Below, one piece after another: positions 31,350 through 40,747 of a stretch of DNA of 64,000 nt. The translations under genes and the position numbers were made by a program. The notes under the pieces were generated by a model. That model saw only the letters and a list, made by a program, of their open reading frames with translations. It did no database searches and was not told where the DNA came from. Numbering within the stretch: the stretch's first letter is position 1; each line of letters opens with the position of its first letter. Source of the stretch: Candidatus Omnitrophota bacterium (GTDB lineage Bacteria; Omnitrophota; Gorgyraeia; Gygaellales; Profunditerraquicolaceae); assembly GCA_041661605.1 (NCBI GenBank), contig JBAZUE010000001.1, positions 606,928-670,927 on the forward strand, written 5' to 3'.

Positions 31350-32606
31350 CTAGAAATATTCCTGGTAAACTTCTTTAAAACGGTTTATTGCTTTGATTAC
31401 CAGGTTTTGGGCAGGTTTGACTAAAGAGGCGCTTCCTACGGTTTTATTCTCCAGATCCTCACAGATCATACCGAGACAGGTTAGATAAGTCAAATATTTC
31501 TGCCCGGATAAATCATTATGTTCCTTCAATAAAGGAGCTATTTCCGGGTTATGGATACGGCCAATCTTTACCTGTATCCCCATTACACTTTCCATCATCT
31601 CTATAAAACCGTCGCTCAACATGGTCTTGCCGGCCATAATAAAATGGTCAATTTCATGAAGCGCGACTTTTCTTTCCACGACCTCCTTAATCTGCGTACA
31701 GATTAAACGGCTGGAATTAGTTGCCATTTGAGCTACATCCCTATATTTTATAGGCTTATAAAATTCATCCTTTTTTACCAAGATTTCTTTGTCCTCGGCA
31801 ATATTATTGGGGTCCCCGATAATCCCGTAGGAACGCTTAATATCCTCAGCGAGCTCATAATTAATCTTTAACCCTTCGGAGAGCTGCAAGGTTAAACTAC
31901 TGCCGCCTAAAGGCAAAACCTGTATATCCTGCAACAGGCCTTCCTTAAATAAGAGCAGCTCCGTTATATCGCTGCCCACATCGCAAAATACGCTTAAACC
32001 CTTCTTCTCCTCTTTGCCAAATACCGCCTTGCTTGTTGCAAGGCCCGAGAAGGAAAGATTTTTTATCTCATACCCTGCCTGACTGACAGCACGGCTTAAG
32101 CTCTGCAGCGAAGAAAGCTTTGCATAGACAAGGAACAGATCGGCTTCCAGCCTATGGCTATATAGACCAACAGGATTAATTACGTTATTTTTAGAATCGA
32201 TGGAGTAGCTGGAGGGAATTACATGAATAATCTCTTCCTCCAGGCTTGAGCCCAGGATTCGCGCCTGTTCATTAGCATTGGCTATATCAGTAGAGGTAAT
32301 TACCTTATTACCCCTTTCCGTTAACGGGATAATTGCATGGCTATGCTTAGTCGATATATCCTTCCCTGAGAAATTTGTGTGAATAAATTTAATTTTTAAA
32401 CCGGATTTAATTTTTAAATTCTTGAGGATCTTGGTAAGACAGGTAATTAACTCCAGGGCGTCAACAATCACGCCTTCTTTAACCCCGCCTGAAACAATGG
32501 TATCGAAGAAAATATTTTCTATGCGGTTTTTTCTTATAAGCGCAAGGCTGGCTGCGATTTTATTTGAACCAATATCTACCGTACAGATATAACCGTTATT
32601 TAGCAT
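31350..32606 (-). CDS. ftsA: Cell division protein FtsA
   Basis: Actin-fold FtsA pattern (VDIGSNKI..., GVKEGVIVD, DVGSDITEL) and a C-terminal amphipathic helix (LVIKAINRFKEVYQEYF). It follows ftsQ. Confidence 0.85.
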   Translation of the reverse strand: MLNNGYICTVDIGSNKIAASLALIRKNRIENIFFDTIVSGGVKEGVIVDALELITCLTKILKNLKIKSGLKIKFIHTNFSGKDISTKHSHAIIPLTERGNKVITSTDIANANEQARILGSSLEEEIIHVIPSSYSIDSKNNVINPVGLYSHRLEADLFLVYAKLSSLQSLSRAVSQAGYEIKNLSFSGLATSKAVFGKEEKKGLSVFCDVGSDITELLLFKEGLLQDIQVLPLGGSSLTLQLSEGLKINYELAEDIKRSYGIIGDPNNIAEDKEILVKKDEFYKPIKYRDVAQMATNSSRLICTQIKEVVERKVALHEIDHFIMAGKTMLSDGFIEMMESVMGIQVKIGRIHNPEIAPLLKEHNDLSGQKYLTYLTCLGMICEDLENKTVGSASLVKPAQNLVIKAINRFKEVYQEYF

Positions 32607-32614
32607 TGATGCCC

Positions 32615-33397
32615 TTATTTGTTTAACTTGATCACCGGTTCATTAAACCTGAGGTCTATATACTTTATATTTGCCCACTCTTTATCCGCCTGCATAAGCA
32701 AGCCACCCAAAATCATCAGCTTCTCTTTAATGTTTCCCGCTCCGATACGCACCTCAAAACCAAACCGCTCCAGTTGGGAAACAGGTTTCCCGTAATCAGC
32801 AGGTTGTTTAGGCAGCAAAACAAATAATCCTGCGCTCTGCAGGCTGACCACATCAATTCTTTTTAAAGTAAAACCCCGCAGCGCGCCATTGCCCATAAAC
32901 TCTTTGATGACACTCAAGGCCAAATCGATCTCCGGCCGTTTGTATTTTGCTCCCGGTTTTGGCCCGAATATTTTTGTCTCCAGGCCATAAATTACGGGTA
33001 AAGCTGACTCTTCTTCAGAACCAACAGGATTAAAGAATACCCCTTGTTGGTCTATGGCGTAGTTCTTATAAAATCTGACCAGGGCAACCGGCTGTCTCTT
33101 CAGAAAATCTACAATTACGCAATTCGGCAGTATTCTTAAAAGCCTTACTTTACGGCAATCCGGGCAATGCAATAAAGCTCTTTCTGATTCATTATTCAAA
33201 TCCAGGTTGAATATATTCCTGCCTTTTAAATATTCAAAAGAATCGCTGGAATTCTTTACAATGACCTGCTTAACCGCAAAAAAATCAGAAGTAGTCAAGA
33301 CTTTCCAAATATATCCTAATAATAAAGAGAAGGCAAGTAAAATTATTGCCGGAATAATAACGGCTATCCAGGGCAGCTTAAACTTTTTCTTTTTCAT
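32615..33397 (-). CDS. ftsQ: Cell division protein FtsQ (POTRA domain)
   Basis: N-terminal TM followed by POTRA/FtsQ-type domains. Its position between ddl and ftsA supports the call. Confidence 0.75.
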   Translation of the reverse strand: MKKKKFKLPWIAVIIPAIILLAFSLLLGYIWKVLTTSDFFAVKQVIVKNSSDSFEYLKGRNIFNLDLNNESERALLHCPDCRKVRLLRILPNCVIVDFLKRQPVALVRFYKNYAIDQQGVFFNPVGSEEESALPVIYGLETKIFGPKPGAKYKRPEIDLALSVIKEFMGNGALRGFTLKRIDVVSLQSAGLFVLLPKQPADYGKPVSQLERFGFEVRIGAGNIKEKLMILGGLLMQADKEWANIKYIDLRFNEPVIKLNK

Positions 33398-34322
33398 ATG
33401 CTAGTTCCAATAATTTAAGGCAAAGCTGGTTAAAATCAATACCTAAAATTCTGGCAGCCTTAGGCAGAAGGCTGGTCGCAGTCATCCCCGGTATTGTATT
33501 GGTCTCCAGGACAAAAGGAAGGTTGTCCTTGTTTAATATAATATCTGTGCGCGAGCAACCAAAACAACCCAAAAGTTTATGCGCCTCTAAAGCCGCCTGC
33601 TGGACTTTCTCTGCGATTTCCGTATCCAGGGGAGCCGGAATGATATAATCCGTCAGGCCTGCCTGATATTTAGCCTCAAAATCAAAGAATTTATGTTTCG
33701 GTACAATCTCAATTACCGGAAGAGGTTTTTCATCCAAGACACCTACCGTAAGTTCCCTGCCTGAGATATATTCCTCGATAACTATGCGTTCATCAAACTG
33801 AAAAGCCAGATTTATAGCCGCGGGGATATCCTGCTTAAACTCCACAATTGAAAGCCCGATACTGGAACCGTGGTTGGCCGGTTTTACTACTAAAGGAAAC
33901 CCCATCTCGCTTTTAAAATCTCTGTTTTTTTCATAAACTGCTTTCTCCAGGAATTGCGACCTAGGGACATAAAGATTGCCTGCCTTAAAAATTCTCAATG
34001 CGTCTATCTTATCCATTGCCAGGCGGCTGGCCTTGACTCCAGAACCGGTATAAGGTAAATCCACCTCCTCTAAAATCTCCTGAATTTGCCCGTCCTCTCC
34101 GAAACGGCCGTGCAGAGCGATAAAGGCGCAATCTAAATTATAATTATTCAACAGGCGGATATTTTCTTCTTTATTATCGGTTAAGATATCGATATCTACC
34201 GCCTCTACCCCGGAACCTTTAAGCGCGGATAAAACCGCTTTTCCGCTCTTTAAGGATATCCCTCTCTCCGAAGAAGGCCCGCCCATTAAAACCCCCACCC
34301 TGCCAAAATCTTTTATCTCCAT
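33378..34322 (-). CDS. ddl: D-alanine--D-alanine ligase
   Basis: ATP-grasp Ddl sequence (ALHGRFGEDG, GSSIGLS, EVNTIPGMT-like ETNTIPGMT). Confidence 0.92.
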   Translation of the reverse strand: MEIKDFGRVGVLMGGPSSERGISLKSGKAVLSALKGSGVEAVDIDILTDNKEENIRLLNNYNLDCAFIALHGRFGEDGQIQEILEEVDLPYTGSGVKASRLAMDKIDALRIFKAGNLYVPRSQFLEKAVYEKNRDFKSEMGFPLVVKPANHGSSIGLSIVEFKQDIPAAINLAFQFDERIVIEEYISGRELTVGVLDEKPLPVIEIVPKHKFFDFEAKYQAGLTDYIIPAPLDTEIAEKVQQAALEAHKLLGCFGCSRTDIILNKDNLPFVLETNTIPGMTATSLLPKAARILGIDFNQLCLKLLELAYEKEKV

Positions 34323-35194
34323 ATTTTTATCTCGGGCTCTAAGTCAACTTTAAATTTTTCCTTTACTTTTTTTTGCATTAAATCCATAAGAAACAAAATA
34401 TCCCGGGTTGCAGCCTTATCTTTATTTAAAATAAAATTAGCATGGACCCTGGAGATAACTGCGCCGCCTTTAGACTTCCCTTTTAAACCACAGGCATCGA
34501 TAAGCTTGCCGGCGGTATTTTTTGCGGGGTTCTTAAAGATACACCCTGCGCTGGGCAGGTTATTGCCTTGAGTTTTATTTCGCTGCAAAATATATCCTTT
34601 CATCCTTGAACCAATGGCATCCTCATCAGCCTTGCGCAATTTAAGCTTAGCGGAGATAATAATATATTTATCCAAATTAGATTTTCGATAAGAAAACTTC
34701 AACTCCTTTGCGCCAAATAGCTTTAGCTTGCCGCTATAATCTAAAACGCGCGCTTCTTTAACCTGATCCCCTATTGACTTGCCCCAGGCGCCGGCATTAC
34801 CTGCCAGGGCTCCCCCTAACGTACCGGGAATGCCCGAAAGAAACTCCAGTCCGGATAAACCTTTATTTTTTGCATACAAAATGAGTTGATTCAACTTAAG
34901 AGCTCCCCCCGCCTCCAGGTATACTCCTCTCTGATGTTTCAGCTTTAAGAAATCTCCGCTTAACTTGATAACCAAACCATCTAAACCTGAATCACTTACT
35001 AAAATATTACTGCCTGCGCCCAATATAAAAACCGTAATTCCTGTCCGTTTAGCAAGAATTAACGCTTCCTGCAATTCTTCGATGCTCTTCGCTTGAAAAA
35101 AAAACTTTGCCGTGCCTCCAACTTTAAAGCTCGTCAGTTCGGATAACTTGACATTAGTTTTTATTTTTTTACTTAAGCTTCTCGACCAAAGCAT
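34313..35194 (-). CDS. murB: UDP-N-acetylenolpyruvoylglucosamine reductase
   Basis: FAD-binding PCMH domain (ILGAGSNIL) and the MurB C-terminal domain. Confidence 0.9.
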   Translation of the reverse strand: MLWSRSLSKKIKTNVKLSELTSFKVGGTAKFFFQAKSIEELQEALILAKRTGITVFILGAGSNILVSDSGLDGLVIKLSGDFLKLKHQRGVYLEAGGALKLNQLILYAKNKGLSGLEFLSGIPGTLGGALAGNAGAWGKSIGDQVKEARVLDYSGKLKLFGAKELKFSYRKSNLDKYIIISAKLKLRKADEDAIGSRMKGYILQRNKTQGNNLPSAGCIFKNPAKNTAGKLIDACGLKGKSKGGAVISRVHANFILNKDKAATRDILFLMDLMQKKVKEKFKVDLEPEIKIWR

Positions 35195-36527
35195 CCGCGA
35201 CCCTCACAATATCACCTGCCCCTAAAGTAATTACTAAATCCCCTGTTTGCATAAAACCCGGAAGAAACTCCGTAATTTTTTCTTTAGCCAGGTATACCGC
35301 CTGCTTATCCGGATATGATTCTTTTATTCTTTTTAGCAGAGCCCGGGCGTCTATCCCGTCTATCGGCTTTTCGCTGGCAGCATAAATATCCGTGATAATC
35401 AGATAATCTGCCTGATCAAAAGAAACGGCAAATTCATTTAAAAGCAGCTTTGTGCGGCTATAGCGGTGGGGCTGGAACACAACAATTTTACGGTTAGCCT
35501 TCAAATTAGCTACCGCTGTCAAAGTAGCTTTTATTTCCGAAGGATGATGCGCATAATCATCCAAAACAAGGTATTTATCGCTTTTGAATTTAATCTCAAG
35601 CCTGCGGCCGGCCCCCTTATATCCTTCCAATGTCCTGCGGATATGAGCTAAATCAATCCCCAGTTCTAACCCCAGACCGATAACCGCCAGGGCATTAGAA
35701 ATATTGTGCTTTCCACCCAAAGCCAGATGAAAACGGCAGATAAACTTATCTTTAAGAAAACAATCAAAATCTGAAGCAAGACCGTTAAGTTGAATATTTT
35801 TAGCATATATATCGGCAGGCTCATTCAGTCCAAAGAAAACCACTTTCCCCTTATAATCCAAGAACAACTTCTTAAGATTTGGGTCATCTGAACAGGCAAA
35901 AATACAGCCTTCCGGATGCGTCTTTTTAAAAAAACTCTTAAAGGCATTTAACTCATTTTCAAAATTCTGGTAATAATCCATATGCTCATAATCAATATTG
36001 GTAATGATAGAGTATTTAGGCTGATAATATAAGAATGAGCCGTCCGATTCATCGGCTTCAGCCACAAAAAACTCACCGCTGCCCAGGCAGGCATTGGTAT
36101 CAATGTTCTTTAGTATGCCGCCGATGGCTACAGTAGGGCAAAGCCCTGCCTCAAGCAGCATATAGGAGATCAATGAAGTGGTAGTAGTTTTGCCATGACT
36201 GCCGGCAACAGTTATCGCGGTCTTCTTCTGCATAAGCAATGCCAGAACCTGCGCCCTCTTGAGCAAAGGGATGCCTGAACTCTTGGCCTGGCGCATCTCC
36301 GGATTATCCTCTTTTATCGCCGAAGAATAAACCACCGCGCTTTGGCCGTCTATATTTTGAGCATTGTGGCCGGTATATATCTTAGCGCCCAGCCTTTTAA
36401 GCTCGTCGGTAATCCGGTTTTCTTTTAAATCCGAACCACTGACCGAAAAACCTGCCTTAAGCAATAGATGCGCTATCCCGCTCATCCCTATCCCGCCAAT
36501 CCCTATAAAATGATAATATTCTTTCAT
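35169..36527 (-). CDS. murC: UDP-N-acetylmuramate--L-alanine ligase
   Basis: Mur ligase sequence (HFIGIGGIGMSGIA, GSHGKTTTTS). I prefer the start at M8 (36527), which forms an ATGA overlap with the upstream stop. The track ORF extends to 36548. Confidence 0.92.
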   Translation of the reverse strand: MKEYYHFIGIGGIGMSGIAHLLLKAGFSVSGSDLKENRITDELKRLGAKIYTGHNAQNIDGQSAVVYSSAIKEDNPEMRQAKSSGIPLLKRAQVLALLMQKKTAITVAGSHGKTTTTSLISYMLLEAGLCPTVAIGGILKNIDTNACLGSGEFFVAEADESDGSFLYYQPKYSIITNIDYEHMDYYQNFENELNAFKSFFKKTHPEGCIFACSDDPNLKKLFLDYKGKVVFFGLNEPADIYAKNIQLNGLASDFDCFLKDKFICRFHLALGGKHNISNALAVIGLGLELGIDLAHIRRTLEGYKGAGRRLEIKFKSDKYLVLDDYAHHPSEIKATLTAVANLKANRKIVVFQPHRYSRTKLLLNEFAVSFDQADYLIITDIYAASEKPIDGIDARALLKRIKESYPDKQAVYLAKEKITEFLPGFMQTGDLVITLGAGDIVRVADALVEKLK

Positions 36528-37294
36528 CGGAGAATATATTTTTTCCATGAGCTTTCAAAATCCGCCAAGCCATTAAAAGAATACGCCAGCGCCAGCGCCC
36601 GGGATAAATCTTTATAATCCCTCAGGTTCTGGCAAAAAAGCGCAAACCTGTCTTTTCCGAAAGATTCAATTAAAAAATCCACCAGGCTGAATGATTCCGT
36701 GTAAAATAACTCTGCCTTATCTGTCTCGGTTAAGCTTGCGACATTAAGTTTGCTCAAATCATCCAGATTTAAGAAATCGCCCCGGCTGATCCTGGCAGCT
36801 AAAGCTTTCTTATCAAAAGAAAACTTCTTTTCCTGAAAAGTAGCGACCCCTTCTTCAAGCCAAAGGGGAATGGCCGGATTTCTAAACCCTACCATCTCCC
36901 TGAAAATAATATGCGCCATTTCATGGGGGAGAACATTATCCAGGAATCCTCCGGCAGTAATAAATGTCTGGATAATCTTGCTGTCTGCCTGGACATTGCC
37001 CGCGGCCCAACTGGGGTTACCGGTTAATTTTCTATATTCCTCCTGGTCATTAGACAGGTATATCTTTGCCCGGTTATCCCAAATCCAGAAGTTAAAACGG
37101 CTGAAACCTAAATCATCGGTAATGTTATTATAGCACTCTTCGGCTTTTTCGGTTAATTCATTAAGCTGGTGCTCCGTGGCATTTTTATAGAAAACCAAAA
37201 AATGCGTGCTTTTAATCTCCTGCCAAGACTGATTATCCGCTAAAACAACCAACGGAAAAAACAAGAATATAAACAATAATCTTAGGGGCTTCAT
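36524..37294 (-). CDS. Secreted HExxH zinc metallopeptidase-like protein (peptidase MA-like), embedded in the dcw operon
   Basis: Signal peptide (LFFPLVVLA-DN). HEMAH motif with a downstream WLEEG acidic ligand candidate. TGATG overlap with murG and ATGA overlap with murC. Confidence 0.6.
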   Translation of the reverse strand: MKPLRLLFIFLFFPLVVLADNQSWQEIKSTHFLVFYKNATEHQLNELTEKAEECYNNITDDLGFSRFNFWIWDNRAKIYLSNDQEEYRKLTGNPSWAAGNVQADSKIIQTFITAGGFLDNVLPHEMAHIIFREMVGFRNPAIPLWLEEGVATFQEKKFSFDKKALAARISRGDFLNLDDLSKLNVASLTETDKAELFYTESFSLVDFLIESFGKDRFALFCQNLRDYKDLSRALALAYSFNGLADFESSWKKYILR

Positions 37295-38373
37295 CAGTTC
37301 AAGCTCAAAACTTCATTAGCAAGCAGGCCGGCAGCGTCAATTGCCTGGGCCCGGGCATATGCCTGACGCATATTTTTTAATTTTTTAGGCTCATTCATGA
37401 GCTCGCTTATCTTATATCTTATTTTATCAGCACATAGCTCTTCATCCCGGATGAGCAATGCAGAGCCCTCATCCTCCAGCACCCTGGCGTTATTTAGCTG
37501 GTGGCCGTAAGCAAACGGATAGGGAATTAATAAAGCAGGCAGGCCGAATCTTTGCAGTTCGGCAATGGTCGTGGCTCCCGCCCGGCAGACCACTAAATCC
37601 GCTATACTATAAGCATATTGCATATCAGGAAAAAATCCAAAAACTTTATGCGTAATTTGCGCCTGCGCATAAGACTGTTTTAACAGCGCAGAATCCTGCT
37701 CCCCCGAGATATGGATCAGCTGCAAATCATTTCTTTCATGACAGGCGGTTAAGGCGGCACAACAAACAGTATTTAACTTATGCGACCCTTGGCTTCCTCC
37801 GGTAATCAATATGTTGAATTTACCTTCTTTAAAATCAAAGAAATCCAAAGCCTCTTTCCTCCCCAGCTTAACTAAGTCTTTGCGCAGAGGATTCCCGGTT
37901 AAGACAATTTTTTGCTGGGATATATTTAAATAGCTGCCTGTTTGAGCGAATGACACCGCCACCTTATCCACAAATTTAGCCAATAGCCGGTTTGCCCTGC
38001 CGGGGATGACATTCTGTTCATGAATTATTGTTTTTATTCTAAACAGCCAGGCCCAAAACAACAAAGCAACCGTGTTTAAGCTGCCGAAGCCGACAACAAC
38101 ATCAGGCTTGAATTCGATTATTGCCCGTAAACTTTCCCAGGCGCCGATTAAGAAAAAATAGGCCCCGCTTATATTTTTACTGCCTAATTTTAACCCAAGC
38201 CTGGAATCATGAATATATTTTATACTGCCGCATCCGGCCGCAATCTTGCCGCTGCTATTCTTATTTGGCAAAACCATGAGCAGATCGGCGCAAGAATCCT
38301 TAAGCCGGTCCATTAAAGCCAATGCGGGGAAAATATGGCCTCCGCTTGATCCGGTAACAAGCAAAACACGCAT
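37294..38373 (-). CDS. murG: Lipid II synthase MurG (UDP-GlcNAc transferase)
   Basis: GT28 family sequence (GGSGGHIFPALA, GGSQG, RAGATTIAE). Confidence 0.92.
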   Translation of the reverse strand: MRVLLVTGSSGGHIFPALALMDRLKDSCADLLMVLPNKNSSGKIAAGCGSIKYIHDSRLGLKLGSKNISGAYFFLIGAWESLRAIIEFKPDVVVGFGSLNTVALLFWAWLFRIKTIIHEQNVIPGRANRLLAKFVDKVAVSFAQTGSYLNISQQKIVLTGNPLRKDLVKLGRKEALDFFDFKEGKFNILITGGSQGSHKLNTVCCAALTACHERNDLQLIHISGEQDSALLKQSYAQAQITHKVFGFFPDMQYAYSIADLVVCRAGATTIAELQRFGLPALLIPYPFAYGHQLNNARVLEDEGSALLIRDEELCADKIRYKISELMNEPKKLKNMRQAYARAQAIDAAGLLANEVLSLN

Positions 38374-38374
38374 A

Positions 38375-39469
38375 TTAAGGATACTCTCCTGAACGGGCGA
38401 TATTAATTAATATGCCTAAACTAACCATATCGAATATCAGCGAAGACCCTCCGTAACTGATAAATGGCAGCGGCAGCCCCTTGGTCGGGAAAACTCCGCA
38501 TGAGACTCCGATATTTACAATTCCCTTCAGGGAAATCATCAAAACCAGGCCCAGGGCAAGAAAATATCCAAATTTATCCTGGGCGTTTTTTATAATTTTA
38601 AGCCCCTGGCGGATAAAAATCATAAATAACAGGATGACTCCGAGAGTGCCAAACAGGCCGAGCTCTTCTCCGATAATAGAAAAAATAAAATCGGTATGCG
38701 CCGCAGGCAGATAAAAGAGTTTTTGCTGGGAATGGCCCAGCCCCACACCAAAAAAACCGCCTGAACCTATGGCAATCTGCGACTGGATAATCTGAAAACC
38801 GCTGCCCTTAGGGTCAAGCCAAGGGTTTAAAAACGCCAGGATCCTGGCCCTGCGGTAAGGAACGCTGAAAATTAGAAAATAAACCATCGGCAGGCTGCAA
38901 AGCATCAAGCTTAAAATATACCTGCCCCGGACACCGGAGATATAAAGCATAGTCAAAACTACACCGGTCAAAGCGATAGTCGTACCTAAATCCGGCTGCA
39001 AGAGTATGAGCAAAGAAGTTGCTCCCAGGGCGCATATCGGCGGGACAAACCCTTTGAAAAGCGTCTTGATTTGTTCCCCTTTACGGCAAATAAAATCAGC
39101 TATGTAAACGATCAAGGCCAGGTTAGCAAACTCCGAAGGCTGGAAGCTAATGAATTTAAATCTGAACCAGCGCCTGGCCCCGGAAATCTCCTTACCCAAA
39201 CCGGGGATAAGCACTAATATCAACAATATAAACGATGCCCAAAATAGAAAACGCGCATTCCTGCGTAATAAGTGGTAATCCACAATCATAGCCAGGAAAG
39301 TAAATACCAAGCCTACTATCAGAAAAACTAAATGCCGCTTTAGAAAATAAAAACTATCCCCATATTTTTCCCAGGCATAAATACTCGAAGAGCTGTAGAT
39401 CATTACTATGCCAATGCAAACAAGCACAATTGATATGGTAAATAAATTAATGCGGGTCTTTCTAACCAT
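38375..39469 (-). CDS. ftsW: SEDS protein FtsW (divisome peptidoglycan glycosyltransferase)
   Basis: FtsW/RodA family sequence (QPSEFA, PAAHTDF, LPFISYGGSS). It lies between murD and murG. Confidence 0.9.
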   Translation of the reverse strand: MVRKTRINLFTISIVLVCIGIVMIYSSSSIYAWEKYGDSFYFLKRHLVFLIVGLVFTFLAMIVDYHLLRRNARFLFWASFILLILVLIPGLGKEISGARRWFRFKFISFQPSEFANLALIVYIADFICRKGEQIKTLFKGFVPPICALGATSLLILLQPDLGTTIALTGVVLTMLYISGVRGRYILSLMLCSLPMVYFLIFSVPYRRARILAFLNPWLDPKGSGFQIIQSQIAIGSGGFFGVGLGHSQQKLFYLPAAHTDFIFSIIGEELGLFGTLGVILLFMIFIRQGLKIIKNAQDKFGYFLALGLVLMISLKGIVNIGVSCGVFPTKGLPLPFISYGGSSLIFDMVSLGILINIARSGEYP

Positions 39470-40739
39470 GAGGTCTTGCCCTCCGGGCTAAGTCCAATAC
39501 TATTCTTTTAAAAACCTCTCCCCGCTGTTCATAATCCCTGAACATATCGAAGCTTGAACACATTGGAGAGAATAATATGCAATCGCCCGGCTTAGCCTGC
39601 TCATAAGCCCTGGCTATTGCCTCTTCCAATGAATTTGTTTTTTCTATCGGGAATACTCCGTTAAGGTCCCCGGCAATTATATCCCTGGCCTCACCTATCA
39701 AGAAAGCTTTTTTAACCTTTTTTCCAGCCGCATCAAGGATTACCCGGTAACTGATTCCTTTGTGCCGGCCTCCGGCAATAAGAATTATAGGCGAAGAAAT
39801 ATTGCTAATCGCCCAAATTGCCGAATCCGCTGTAGTTGCTTTGGAATCATTAATAAATTTCACGCCGCCTATTTCTGTTACCTCCTCCATACGATGCTGG
39901 ATACCTTTGAACTTCCGAAAAACATTAAGCATATCTTCCAATTTGATCCCCAGAATCTTACCTACAGCGATTACCGCATTTTGGTTGGGATTTAACAAAC
40001 CTTCTTTATTAAAAAAAACTACTTTCGATTTAGCCTCAAGAGAGGCGGCGTTTAAAAGAGGGTCATCGGCGTTTAAAACCAGATAATCGTTTATGTCCTG
40101 ATTGACAAAAATACGTTTTTTCGCATCCAGATATTCCTGGATATTATTATAACGGTCCAAATGGTTAGGCGTTAAATTAAGGATTACCGCTATCTTTGGT
40201 TTAAAATCTTTAATCGTCTCAAGCTGAAAAGAACTCACCTCAAGGACAACAAAATCACCCTTCTTCAGCTTTTTTATCTCTGCGCAAAACGGGTTACCGA
40301 TATTACCGCAGACAAAAACCTTTTTTCCGGATTCTACCAGAATTCTTCCGATTAAGGTAGTAACTGTAGTTTTTCCGTTTGAACCGGTTACGGCGATAAT
40401 CTCTGCCGGGCAAAGTATGCTGGCCAATTCAATCTCGCTTATAACAGTCCTGGCAAATTCCTTAGCCCAGACCACCGGTCGTGCGCAAGACGGCACGCCG
40501 GGTGAAATAATCACCATATCTGCCTGCCGGATAAACTCCTCGCTGTGCGAACCCAGCTCAACCAGGATATCTTTAGAAGAAAGCCTGGATACAAACTCCC
40601 TGGTTTGCGTATTGTCATTAATATCTGTAACACGCACATAAGCGCCCAGCTCATACAACAGGTTAGCGCAGGCAAGTCCGGAACGGGCTAAACCCACGAT
40701 AGTAATATTCTTTCCTTTAAAGTATTCTTTATTACGCAT
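39462..40739 (-). CDS. murD: UDP-N-acetylmuramoylalanine--D-glutamate ligase
   Basis: Mur ligase sequence (ITIVGLARSG, GSNGKTT). The start is set at MRNKEYF (40739), 8 nt after the mraY stop. The longer track ORF (to 40805) would overlap mraY by 58 nt. Confidence 0.9.
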   Translation of the reverse strand: MRNKEYFKGKNITIVGLARSGLACANLLYELGAYVRVTDINDNTQTREFVSRLSSKDILVELGSHSEEFIRQADMVIISPGVPSCARPVVWAKEFARTVISEIELASILCPAEIIAVTGSNGKTTVTTLIGRILVESGKKVFVCGNIGNPFCAEIKKLKKGDFVVLEVSSFQLETIKDFKPKIAVILNLTPNHLDRYNNIQEYLDAKKRIFVNQDINDYLVLNADDPLLNAASLEAKSKVVFFNKEGLLNPNQNAVIAVGKILGIKLEDMLNVFRKFKGIQHRMEEVTEIGGVKFINDSKATTADSAIWAISNISSPIILIAGGRHKGISYRVILDAAGKKVKKAFLIGEARDIIAGDLNGVFPIEKTNSLEEAIARAYEQAKPGDCILFSPMCSSFDMFRDYEQRGEVFKRIVLDLARRARPHG

Positions 40740-40747
40740 AGGATAGT

